Shown here one piece after another: positions 19,318-28,261 of a stretch of 64,000 nt of DNA. The DNA is taken from the NCBI GenBank assembly GCA_965220605.1, contig CBDCQM010000005.1, positions 93,614 to 157,613 on the forward strand. The letters run 5' to 3'. Within the stretch, counting starts at the first letter, position 1. Each line of letters opens with the position of its first letter. The stretch is from Dehalococcoidia bacterium (GTDB taxonomy: Bacteria; Chloroflexota; Dehalococcoidia; Lucifugimonadales; UBA3495). Made by a program: the position numbers and the translations under genes. The notes below the pieces were generated by a model. The model made no database searches and was not told the DNA's origin. It worked only from the letters and a program-made list of their open reading frames with translations.

Positions 19318-19610
19318 TCCTCTGTAAAGAATCAGGGGCCGTGATTTCCGGCCCCCTCAGTCCTCTGCCTGTTGCGACGCCCTCCAAGCGCCGGTCGAAT
19401 GTAGGCGTGTCTGTTTTCTACCTGCTTCCCCCGGCAGATAAACTGCGGCGCTACTCACTTCGCCTCGGAAGGCTTCCCCTTCGTCCCCTCCTCAATTGAA
19501 CCACTCCTTTAATCCGGCTAGAATTGCAGGGCATTCGGTCGGCTGACCGTATAATCGCGCTTCCTGCGGCTCCCATCGCGGGATTAGCATAAGGGCCGGT
19601 TATCCCCTCC

Positions 19611-21071
19611 ATGAAGTTCCGAGATCTCCGGGAATTCATTTCCTTCCTTGAAGAGAGGGACGAGTTGCGTCGCATTTCGACGCCTGTTGACCCGCATCTG
19701 GAAATCACCGAGATCACGGACCGGGTGATCAAGTCGGGCGGTCCGGCCCTGTTGTTCGAGAATCCCCAGGGCTTTGACATTCCTGTCGCCATCAACCTCT
19801 TCGGTTCAACCCGGCGGATGGCATGGGCCTTGGGAGTGGACGACCTGGACGAAGTGGTCGCGCGTGTGCAGGGCGTCCTCAACCTGGTGCAGGGACCCCC
19901 GGAAGGCATTGCAAACAAGCTGAGAACCCTCGGCCAGTTGGTTAACCTGGCATCGTACCGCCCCAGAAGCGTCTCCAACCCGCCCTGCCAGGACGTTGTG
20001 CTCCAGGGCGAAGACGTCGACCTGTTCAAGTTTCCGATTCTGCGCTGCTGGCCAATGGACGGAGGCCAGTACATCACCCTCCCGTTGGTGATAACCCGAG
20101 ACCCCGAGACCGGCGTACAGAACTACGGCATCTACAGGATGCAGGTGTATGACCGGCGCACAACCGGGATGCACTGGCAGACCCACAAGGTGGGCGCCCA
20201 CCACGAGCGCATTGGGAGGCAGCTCGGCCTGGACCGCATGGATGTCGCCGTTGCGCTGGGCGGAGATCCGGCGACCATCTGGAGCGGTTCAGCCCCCCTG
20301 CCTCCCGACCTGGACGAGATGGTAGTTGCGGGTTTCCTGCGCGAGGAGGGTGTGGCCCTCGCCAAGGCTCGAACCAGCGACCTGATGGTGCCGGCCGAGG
20401 CGGAAATTGTGCTGGAAGGATACGTACTCCTGGACGAGCAGCGGATGGAAGGCCCCTTCGGAGACCACACGGGGTATTACTCGATGCCGGACCCGTATCC
20501 CGTGTTTCATGTGACCTGCATCACCCACCGAAGCCGACCCATCTACCCCGCTGCAATCGTCGGCCGCCCTCCCACCGAGGACTACTGGATGGGCAAGGTC
20601 ACTGAGCGGATGTTCCTTCCCATGATCAGGACCATTCTCCCGGAAGTGGTAGACATGAACATGCCGGCGGAGGGCATATTCCACAACCTTGTCATCGTTT
20701 CCATGAAGAAGGAATATCCCGGGCAGGCCCGCAAGGTGATGCACGGCCTCTGGGGACTGGGACTGATGAGCCTGGTAAAGGGGATCATCGTGGTCGACCA
20801 CTTCGTCGATGTGCAGAACCTTTCCGAGATCGCCTGGCGCGTCACCGCCAACATGGACCCGGCCCAGGACTTCGTGTTCACCACCGGCCCGATTGACGAT
20901 CTGGACGTGGCATCGCCAACGCCGAAGTTCGGCAGCAAGGTTGGTATCGACGCTACCATCAAACTGCCACAGGAGGGCGGACGTACCCAGGAGTGGCCGC
21001 CCGACGTTGTGATGAGCTCGGAGATCAAGGGCCTGGTCGATCGCAAGTGGGCCAGCTACGGGATATCCTGA
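19611..21071 (+). CDS. ubiD: UbiD family decarboxylase (menaquinone/ubiquinone-type prenyl-aromatic decarboxylase)
   Basis: MKFRDLREFISFLEERDELRRI...GGPALLFENPQG is the typical UbiD N-terminus. Confidence 0.9.
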   Translation: MKFRDLREFISFLEERDELRRISTPVDPHLEITEITDRVIKSGGPALLFENPQGFDIPVAINLFGSTRRMAWALGVDDLDEVVARVQGVLNLVQGPPEGIANKLRTLGQLVNLASYRPRSVSNPPCQDVVLQGEDVDLFKFPILRCWPMDGGQYITLPLVITRDPETGVQNYGIYRMQVYDRRTTGMHWQTHKVGAHHERIGRQLGLDRMDVAVALGGDPATIWSGSAPLPPDLDEMVVAGFLREEGVALAKARTSDLMVPAEAEIVLEGYVLLDEQRMEGPFGDHTGYYSMPDPYPVFHVTCITHRSRPIYPAAIVGRPPTEDYWMGKVTERMFLPMIRTILPEVVDMNMPAEGIFHNLVIVSMKKEYPGQARKVMHGLWGLGLMSLVKGIIVVDHFVDVQNLSEIAWRVTANMDPAQDFVFTTGPIDDLDVASPTPKFGSKVGIDATIKLPQEGGRTQEWPPDVVMSSEIKGLVDRKWASYGIS

Positions 21072-21096
21072 AGGCCACGCATCCTACGGACTGGTT

Positions 21097-21990
21097 ATGG
21101 AAACCGGCAACGCAATTCGCGCCCCGATAGTCAGGCTGCCCTACTACCTCAGCGTGGTGCGCATATGGGAATCCCTGTACGCGCTCCCTTTCTGCTACAT
21201 GGGCATGATCCTGGCTTCGGTGGATTCCGGCGGCACCGGTTGGCCAGGGTGGAGTGATTTCATCTGGATCACTGTCGCGCTCACCGGAGTCCGCACCCTC
21301 GGAATGTCGGCAAACAGGTTCATCCACCGCAAGGAGGACGCCGACAATCCACGGACCAGGAACCGGCACATACCCCGCGGGCTGATCAAGCCGGCCGAGG
21401 TGGTGGGCCTGGCGGTTGTCGGCACGGGAGTGTTCTTCTACGCCGCATCGCAGTTGAACACCCTGACGCTGATTCTGGCTCCGGTGGCCGCGCTGTACGT
21501 TATCTTCTATTCCTTTACGAAATACTTCACGTGGGCCTGCCATTTCTTCCTGGGCGGTGCCCTGGCGATCTCCCCGTCGGCCGCCTGGATTGCCGTTACC
21601 GGGAGGCTCGATCCGGAACCTATGCTGCTCACCTTCTCCGTGATCATGTGGGCTGGCGGGTTCGACGTCGTATACGGGTGCGCAGACTACGAGTTCGACC
21701 GGCGATACGGCACCAATTCCCTGGCCAAGAGGTTCGGTATCGGCGCGGCCCTCTGGACAACGCGCACGATGCACCTCCTGGCCGCCGCAGCCCTGTTGTC
21801 TCTCGGCATCTGGATGGACCTTGGGCTGTACTATTTCATCGGCTGGGCAATAGCCGTCGTGCTGCTCGCCCTGGAGAACAGCCTGGTCAAGGCCGATGAC
21901 CTCTCGAAGCTGCGCTCGCCCCTTTTCCAGTACAACAGCGTCATCTCCGTGTCCCTGCTTGTGTTCACCATCCTGGCGGTGGCGCTGTAA
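21097..21990 (+). CDS. ubiA: UbiA family prenyltransferase (MqnP-like)
   Basis: Polytopic membrane protein with the N..(D/E)..D.NPRT.NR motif (NRFIHRKEDADNPRTRNRHIPRG). Confidence 0.85.
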   Translation: METGNAIRAPIVRLPYYLSVVRIWESLYALPFCYMGMILASVDSGGTGWPGWSDFIWITVALTGVRTLGMSANRFIHRKEDADNPRTRNRHIPRGLIKPAEVVGLAVVGTGVFFYAASQLNTLTLILAPVAALYVIFYSFTKYFTWACHFFLGGALAISPSAAWIAVTGRLDPEPMLLTFSVIMWAGGFDVVYGCADYEFDRRYGTNSLAKRFGIGAALWTTRTMHLLAAAALLSLGIWMDLGLYYFIGWAIAVVLLALENSLVKADDLSKLRSPLFQYNSVISVSLLVFTILAVAL

Positions 21991-22580
21991 TGCCCGGGCC
22001 GGTGATCGTCGGCATAACCGGCGCCAGCGGTTCGCTGATGGCAAGAGCCATGGTGGATGAGTTGCTGCGACGGGATCTGCCCACCGCGGTGGTCTGTTCC
22101 AACGCCGCCCGAATGGTGTGGCAGGAAGAGATGGGTTGCTCCTTCAATGAGACCCTCGTGGAGTGGCAGGAGCACCCCGCCTTCGTCCACTACCCGGTCA
22201 ACGACCTGAGAGCGCCCATCGCCAGCGGCACCTACCCCGCCGCAGGCATGGCCCTCGTGCCGGCCAGCATGAACAGCATCGCCTCCCTGGCCAACGGCAT
22301 CTCGAGCAACCTGGTGCTGCGCTCCGCCGACGTCTGCCTCAAGGAACGCCGCCCGCTGGTATTGGTCCCCCGGGAGACCCCCCTCCACAGCATTCACCTC
22401 GAGAATATGCTGACCCTCAGCCGAATGGGAGCCGTCATCCTGCCTCCAGACCCGGCCTTCTACCTGAAGCCAAAGGGCATCAACGATGTTGTAGACTACG
22501 TGGTGAGCAAGGTCCTGGTGTCGCTCGGAATCGACAGGGAATTGCCGACGGAACTCCAGTATGGCGGTGAAGGCAGCTGA
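21990..22580 (+). CDS. ubiX: UbiX flavin prenyltransferase
   Basis: VIVGITGASGSLMA... Its start overlaps the ubiA stop. Confidence 0.9.
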   Translation: MPGPVIVGITGASGSLMARAMVDELLRRDLPTAVVCSNAARMVWQEEMGCSFNETLVEWQEHPAFVHYPVNDLRAPIASGTYPAAGMALVPASMNSIASLANGISSNLVLRSADVCLKERRPLVLVPRETPLHSIHLENMLTLSRMGAVILPPDPAFYLKPKGINDVVDYVVSKVLVSLGIDRELPTELQYGGEGS

Positions 22581-22939
22581 TGGGTCTCACGTTCATCGAT
22601 GGCCGGGTATTGGGGCCCCGTGGCCAGGAAGAGACGGTCAATTTCCTGGTGGATAGCGGAGCGGGCTACACATTGTTGCCTTACGCCGTCTGGCAATCGC
22701 TGGGCTTGGAGCCAACCCGGGAAGAAACATTCCGCTTGGCCGATGGGACTACCGTGGATCGCAGTATTTCCAGGTGCTATATCATCCTTCCCCAAGGCGA
22801 AGAGTATACGCCCGTCGTTCTCGGCGAGGAATCTGACGACCAGGCCCTTCTTGGTGCAGTCACCCTTGAGAACCTGGGCCTTATGCTGAACCCCTTTAGC
22901 CGCACATTGCATCACATGCGCCTGTTATGGCGGAGCTGA
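22580..22939 (+). CDS. retropepsin-like (clan AA) single-domain aspartic protease
   Basis: VNFLVDSGAGYTLLP (D-S-G-A catalytic motif); 119 aa. It shares 1 nt with the ubiX stop (TGATG) and overlaps the ubiE start by 13 nt. Confidence 0.65.
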   Translation: MGLTFIDGRVLGPRGQEETVNFLVDSGAGYTLLPYAVWQSLGLEPTREETFRLADGTTVDRSISRCYIILPQGEEYTPVVLGEESDDQALLGAVTLENLGLMLNPFSRTLHHMRLLWRS

Positions 22940-23646
22940 CCGGGGCGGAACGACAGCGATACGTCGCCGACCTCTTCGCCCGCATCTCTGGGCACTACGA
23001 CCTGATGAACGACGTCATGACCTTCGGTATGCACCGGAGGTGGAAGCGTCGCACAGCCGCCCTGGCTGCCAGTACATCGAAGGGGCACGCTCTTGACGTA
23101 TCGACCGGCACCGGAGACCTTGCATTCCTTCTCGCTCACCATGCTTCCGCTGGGAGCGTTGTCGCGCTGGACCTCCTTCCTGAAATGATCAACATCGCCC
23201 GAAGCCGTGCGGCGCGGCGAGCGGGGGCGGGGGTTAATCTGATCGTCGGAGACGCGCTTGCCCTGCCCTTCCCGGACGCGACCTTCTCCTGCGCCACTGC
23301 AGGGTTCAGTCTCAGGAACATGCCCGACGTGCCCGTGGCCATCAGCGAGATGACGCGAGTTATCCGCCCCGGCGGCAGGGTGGCACTGCTGGAATTGTCG
23401 CCCATGGATTCGGGGCTGAGGGCCACTCTCTTCCGGCTCTACTTTCATGGACTGGTGCCCCTGATAGGGAAGTTGATTGCCCGCGACCGGGCCGCCTACA
23501 CCTACCTGCCGCAGTCCGTAGACCGCTTCTACGAAGCAGAAGACCTGGCGGCAATTCTGCGTGCCTCCGGTCTGGAGCGAGTCTCCTATCAGCGTTTTGG
23601 CTTCGGCACGGTCTGTATTCACTGGGGCGACAAGCCTCCTGCCTAA
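22927..23646 (+). CDS. ubiE: demethylmenaquinone/ubiquinone C-methyltransferase
   Basis: YDLMNDVMTFGMHRRWKR and the SAM motif LDVSTGTGD. Confidence 0.9.
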   Translation: MAELTGAERQRYVADLFARISGHYDLMNDVMTFGMHRRWKRRTAALAASTSKGHALDVSTGTGDLAFLLAHHASAGSVVALDLLPEMINIARSRAARRAGAGVNLIVGDALALPFPDATFSCATAGFSLRNMPDVPVAISEMTRVIRPGGRVALLELSPMDSGLRATLFRLYFHGLVPLIGKLIARDRAAYTYLPQSVDRFYEAEDLAAILRASGLERVSYQRFGFGTVCIHWGDKPPA

Positions 23647-23701
23647 ATCAGCTTTTCGCGACTCTTCCGTCGAACTCATAGCACTGTATATCTCCATGGG
23701 C

Positions 23702-23731
23702 TTGAGTTAGAATTATGTATAGAAATAAAAT
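23702..23731 (+). promoter_or_regulatory. candidate promoter for prfA
   Basis: TTGAGT, 18 nt spacer, TAAAAT, in an AT-rich spacer. Confidence 0.3.
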
Positions 23732-23797
23732 TGCTCTATAAGAATCATCCATCAGGTCCCGTTGAGGGCATTGATTGATTGTTGGGTAAGGTTGGCC

Positions 23798-24877
23798 ATG
23801 ACCTCGATGATAGAGAAACTTGAACCGATTATTCACCGCTTTGAAGACATCGAAATCTCCATGGCCGACCCGGATGTGGCTTCCAACTTCGAGAAAATCC
23901 AGGAGCTGGCGAAAGAGCGCGCGTCCCTGGAAGACCTGGTCAACATCGCCCGGCAGTTCCTGCAATTGACCGAGGAAATCGCCGATCTGGAAGCACTGAT
24001 CCAGGAAGGCGCCGAACCCGATCTTGCCCAGATGGCCCGGGAAGAACTGGAGGACAACAGCGTTCGGCTGGAAGAGCTTTCGTTGTCTCTACGCACCGCC
24101 CTGCTCCCCAAGGACCCCAACGACCAGCGCGACGTGATCATCGAGATTCGAGCAGGCACGGGCGGCAATGAGGCCGGCCTGTTTGCCCGCGATCTCTACC
24201 GCGCATACAGCCGTTACGCCCAGAACAGGGGCTGGGAAGTTGACGTCATGGACGCCAACCCCAGCGAGGTCGGCGGCTTCAACAAGATTGTTTTCGAGGT
24301 ACAGGGCCAGGGAGCCTACAGCCGCTTCAAGTACGAGAGCGGCGTCCATCGCGTGCAGCGGGTGCCCGAGACAGAGACCCAGGGGCGCATCCACACTTCG
24401 ACCGCCACCGTCGCCGTGCTTCCCGAGGCCGACGAGGTTGAGGTCAAGATCAACGAGAACGAACTCAGGATTGACATCTTCCATGCCGGCGGTCATGGCG
24501 GGCAGAACGTCAACAAGGTCGCCACGGCCGTCAGGATCGTGCACGAACCATCGGGCGTCACTGTCGTATGCCAGGACGAGCGTTCCCAGTACAAGAACAA
24601 GCAGAGGGCCATGTCTTTGTTGAGGGCCAAGCTGTTCGAAGCCGAGCAGGAGCGCCACGACGCGGAGATCAGCCAGGCCCGCCGCTCCCAGGTCGGGGGC
24701 GCCGAACGCGCTGAAAAGATCCGCACCTACAACTACCCCCAGGACCGGGTGACCGACCATCGCGCAAACTCGACCTTCCACGGCATTCCCAAGCTCATGG
24801 ACGGCTACTGGGACGAGGTCATCAACCGGCTCGTGTCCTGGGAAGAAGAACGACTGTTGGCAGAGGCGGGCGTCTAG
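23798..24877 (+). CDS. prfA: peptide chain release factor 1
   Basis: GGQ motif (AGGHGGQNVNKV). The P-x-T tripeptide region is RVQRVPETETQGRIHTST. Confidence 0.95.
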   Translation: MTSMIEKLEPIIHRFEDIEISMADPDVASNFEKIQELAKERASLEDLVNIARQFLQLTEEIADLEALIQEGAEPDLAQMAREELEDNSVRLEELSLSLRTALLPKDPNDQRDVIIEIRAGTGGNEAGLFARDLYRAYSRYAQNRGWEVDVMDANPSEVGGFNKIVFEVQGQGAYSRFKYESGVHRVQRVPETETQGRIHTSTATVAVLPEADEVEVKINENELRIDIFHAGGHGGQNVNKVATAVRIVHEPSGVTVVCQDERSQYKNKQRAMSLLRAKLFEAEQERHDAEISQARRSQVGGAERAEKIRTYNYPQDRVTDHRANSTFHGIPKLMDGYWDEVINRLVSWEEERLLAEAGV

Positions 24878-24961
24878 CGCCTGGCCTCCCCCGGGTCCTC
24901 CATCTGACTCTGACGCCTGGCCGCAGCTGCTCATGACTTTGCTCAAGCCACGGCTGAGTCC

Positions 24962-27256
24962 TTGACCGAAATCCCTGTCTGCCGTTCCTGCAATTTCACC
25001 AACCTGTCCCGGGCGGTGTTCTGTGGCGGTTGCGGCCGGTGGCTCAATCCCACCGACTGCCCTCATTGCAGCGCCGTCAACCCCAGGCTCCACGAATCCT
25101 GCCTGCGGTGTGGCAGGCCACTGTTCCCCGTCGATACCGCCACCCCTGGATGCGGCCACGCCTCAAGTCCTTCTCCGGCTCCCGCAGACAATGTTGAAGC
25201 GTCAGGTCGCTTGGCTCACACCCTGGCCGGACTCCGATCATCCCCCTTACGCCCGGCCTTCTTTGCCGGTTTAAGCGCCAAACTGGCCGACTACAATTTG
25301 GCCCTGCTAATCGTCGGCGCCGCCGTGGTCGTACTGGCCCAGCTTGGTCTCGTATTCTCCCTGGAAGTCAACGTGAAGGCTCCGGCAGGGTACCTGCTTC
25401 TCCTGGCTCTCGGAGCGGGGGTCTTCTTTCTGGGTTCGATCGGTCTGCGGGCAAAGCAGTCGTCAACCGAAGGGCCGACCCTCATCCGGCATGAGCCATC
25501 GGCAAACGGAGACACTTTCCCTGCCACCTTTATCGGGGTTGTCGGCATCATAGTCGGAGGGCTGGCTCTCGGGTCTCTTCTCATCCTGCTGGCTGCGGGC
25601 TCCAACTCCGGCTACCTCCTGATTCCGTGGCTTCTCGGCCTAGCCGCCTTTGCCGCTCCCTTCCTTCCGAGGCTGGAATCGACCGCGTTAACCCTGCACG
25701 ACCGTGCAACGGAAGCGCTGAAACGCCATCGCCTCGACGCGTTGATCGTTCTTGTGCTGATGGCCCTCTTCCTGGGATTGGCGCTTTTCGACCTCCGCGA
25801 CTGGTACTACTCGGCCATAGGCGACGAGTTCCTGTTCTTCGAGCACGCCAGGCGGATCGTAGATGAGGGAATCACTCGCCCTTTCAGCCAGGAGGGGGTC
25901 TACAACAAGTACCCGGTAATGAGCTCGGTCTTCCAGGCACTATCCATGCGGGTGTTTGGCGCCGACTACTTCGGATGGACTCTCAGCGAAGGACTACATG
26001 CTGCAATCACAATTCCCGGAATCTACCTGCTGGGATACATCCTCGGCGGTCGAAAGGCCGCAGTCTTGTCCGCAGCCCTGTTCGCCTTCAGCCACTACAT
26101 CCTTGCCCTCTCCCACGCGGGGTACAGCAACCTTTCTCCACTGCCGGTCGCAGTCTGGTCCATAGCCCTGTTCGCGTGGGGATGGAAGAGCGACAACCCT
26201 CTTCTCTTCTACCTGGCAGGGGCGATAGCCGGGATGGGCTTCTACACTCACTACTCGGGGAGAGCCGTACTGCCAATCATATTCCTGTTCGCGCTGACCG
26301 AGGGCAGACCTCGTCGAATCCTGGAAATGTGGCCCCTGGCCTTGGGATTTGCGCTGGCCGTGGCGCCAACCTTCCTGGTGGAGAAAGAAAAGGTCTTCAC
26401 CCGCATGTTCAGCGAGGTGGTTGGCGGCTATTCGGAGGTGGTCAGCGGCTCACCACTGGCGCGAGTCCTTGGCAACATAGAACTCAATCTACCCGCCTTC
26501 AATTACAGTTCGACCGTTCACACCTACGTCTACGGGGCGTTGCTTGATCCCATAACCGCGGTGCTGGCCGTGCTTGGAATAGCCTTCGCGCTCGGGCATA
26601 TCAAGTTACAGCGCTTTCGGCTCCTACTGGTATGGTTCGCGGTAGCCGTAACGGTGACCGGAATCCTGTCCCCATATCCTCACGTGGCAGTCACCCGGCT
26701 CACCTTCGCCGTTCCGCCGCTCGTACTGCTGGCGGGTATATTTGCGGCCCGCATGGTCGACGCAGTGCACATTCCCCGGCAGAGAGTGAAGACTTTCCCG
26801 GTACCGGTCATCACTGTGGCCGTTTTCTCCCTTCTGCTGCCTTGCGTAATGCTGCTGAACCTCTGGCAATTCCGGGCGGTTACTCCTGAAGTACATCCCC
26901 ATGCGCCGGAGGCCGTCGCTATGGGCGCTTTACAATCGGAACCCTGCAATGGCGATCTTGCCGGAACAGTCTTCGTGGGTCCCGCGGTTGGTGACGGCAG
27001 CCTGATGAATCAGGTTCTGGACTCCTTTCACCCTGACCGGCCTTCCTTCCGGTTCCTCAATCACAACGAGATCAAGCCCGACAGCGGGCTAACGGGCCAG
27101 CCGCTGCGGTGCGTTATCTTCCTGGAACCCAGCTCGCCGGAAATCGGACCATTGCAGGAACAGCTGGCTCGCCGGTATCCTGATGGCAGGATGCAACCCT
27201 TTACCAATCCTTCAGGCACAACCACAGTCGAAGTATTCACCCCGGTGCGCCACTGA
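24962..27256 (+). CDS. polytopic membrane glycosyltransferase (GT39/ArnT-like) with an N-terminal double zinc ribbon
   Basis: N-terminus CRSC...CGGCG...CPHC...CLRCG. More than 12 hydrophobic helices follow, typical of PMT/ArnT-like enzymes. TTG start. Confidence 0.6.
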   Translation: MTEIPVCRSCNFTNLSRAVFCGGCGRWLNPTDCPHCSAVNPRLHESCLRCGRPLFPVDTATPGCGHASSPSPAPADNVEASGRLAHTLAGLRSSPLRPAFFAGLSAKLADYNLALLIVGAAVVVLAQLGLVFSLEVNVKAPAGYLLLLALGAGVFFLGSIGLRAKQSSTEGPTLIRHEPSANGDTFPATFIGVVGIIVGGLALGSLLILLAAGSNSGYLLIPWLLGLAAFAAPFLPRLESTALTLHDRATEALKRHRLDALIVLVLMALFLGLALFDLRDWYYSAIGDEFLFFEHARRIVDEGITRPFSQEGVYNKYPVMSSVFQALSMRVFGADYFGWTLSEGLHAAITIPGIYLLGYILGGRKAAVLSAALFAFSHYILALSHAGYSNLSPLPVAVWSIALFAWGWKSDNPLLFYLAGAIAGMGFYTHYSGRAVLPIIFLFALTEGRPRRILEMWPLALGFALAVAPTFLVEKEKVFTRMFSEVVGGYSEVVSGSPLARVLGNIELNLPAFNYSSTVHTYVYGALLDPITAVLAVLGIAFALGHIKLQRFRLLLVWFAVAVTVTGILSPYPHVAVTRLTFAVPPLVLLAGIFAARMVDAVHIPRQRVKTFPVPVITVAVFSLLLPCVMLLNLWQFRAVTPEVHPHAPEAVAMGALQSEPCNGDLAGTVFVGPAVGDGSLMNQVLDSFHPDRPSFRFLNHNEIKPDSGLTGQPLRCVIFLEPSSPEIGPLQEQLARRYPDGRMQPFTNPSGTTTVEVFTPVRH

Positions 27257-27318
27257 CTGCACACTGCGAGAATGGCTCAACTACAATCGGCCGACCAAGG
27301 CCCCAGGTTTAGAGGACT

Positions 27319-28173
27319 ATGGCAGTAATCCGCGAGACCATCCGGGAAACCCATCAGACTCTTGAATCTGCGGGCATTCCTGACGCCCGCCTGGAAGCCG
27401 AGGTCATGGTGATGACCGTGATGCGCATGACCCGGCAGAACATCTTTGCCGAGCAGGAGACCCAGGTGCCTCCGAATGTGGCCGAAGAGCTTGCGGGAAT
27501 CATGGCCCAAAGGCTGGAGCGCATTCCCCTGGCTTACATCCTGGGCCACAGGGAGTTCTACGGCATCAACGTGGTGGTAACCCCGGACGTGCTGATCCCC
27601 AGGCCCGAAACGGAGGGCATGGTGGAGCACACCCTCTTCATGGCGCTGATGGGCATGGAGACCCGGGAGCTGACCATCGCAGATGTCGGGACCGGCAGCG
27701 GCGCTATTGCCGTCAACCTTGCCATTCACCTGCCCGCAGCCCGCATTTACGCCATCGACATTTCAGAACCGGCGCTGGACGTCGCCGCCTGGAACATCCG
27801 GGCACACGCGGTTGCCGACCGGGTGAGACTGGGCCACGGCGACCTGCTGGAACCGCTGCCCGAACCGGTTAACCTCATAGTCGCCAACCTGCCGTACATC
27901 CCCACCGGCCGGATCCCCACGCTACAGCCCGAGGTTCAGCGGGAACCAGTCCAAGCCCTCGACGGCGGCTCCGACGGCCTGGACCTTGTCCGTCGTCTGA
28001 TCCAGCAGGCCCCTGCAAAGCTGACCAGCCCCGGCATGATCCTACTGGAACTGGACCCCGAGCAGTTCCCTGCCGTCGAGGCCATCGCATTGCAACACTT
28101 TCCCGACGCCGAGATCACCGCCGAGCAGGACCTCGCCCACAACGACAGGATAATGGTGATCAACAGACCCTGA
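27319..28173 (+). CDS. prmC: release-factor glutamine N5-methyltransferase
   Basis: DVGTGSGAIA SAM motif and an N-P-P-Y-type motif (IVANLPYIP). Confidence 0.9.
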   Translation: MAVIRETIRETHQTLESAGIPDARLEAEVMVMTVMRMTRQNIFAEQETQVPPNVAEELAGIMAQRLERIPLAYILGHREFYGINVVVTPDVLIPRPETEGMVEHTLFMALMGMETRELTIADVGTGSGAIAVNLAIHLPAARIYAIDISEPALDVAAWNIRAHAVADRVRLGHGDLLEPLPEPVNLIVANLPYIPTGRIPTLQPEVQREPVQALDGGSDGLDLVRRLIQQAPAKLTSPGMILLELDPEQFPAVEAIALQHFPDAEITAEQDLAHNDRIMVINRP

Positions 28174-28261
28174 CGAGGAAGACCTGCTCACTATCGACGG
28201 CGAAATTCTCCTCACTTCAGCCGACTCGCCATTGGCGATAGCGAAGCCGCCTGGTGCGGCC

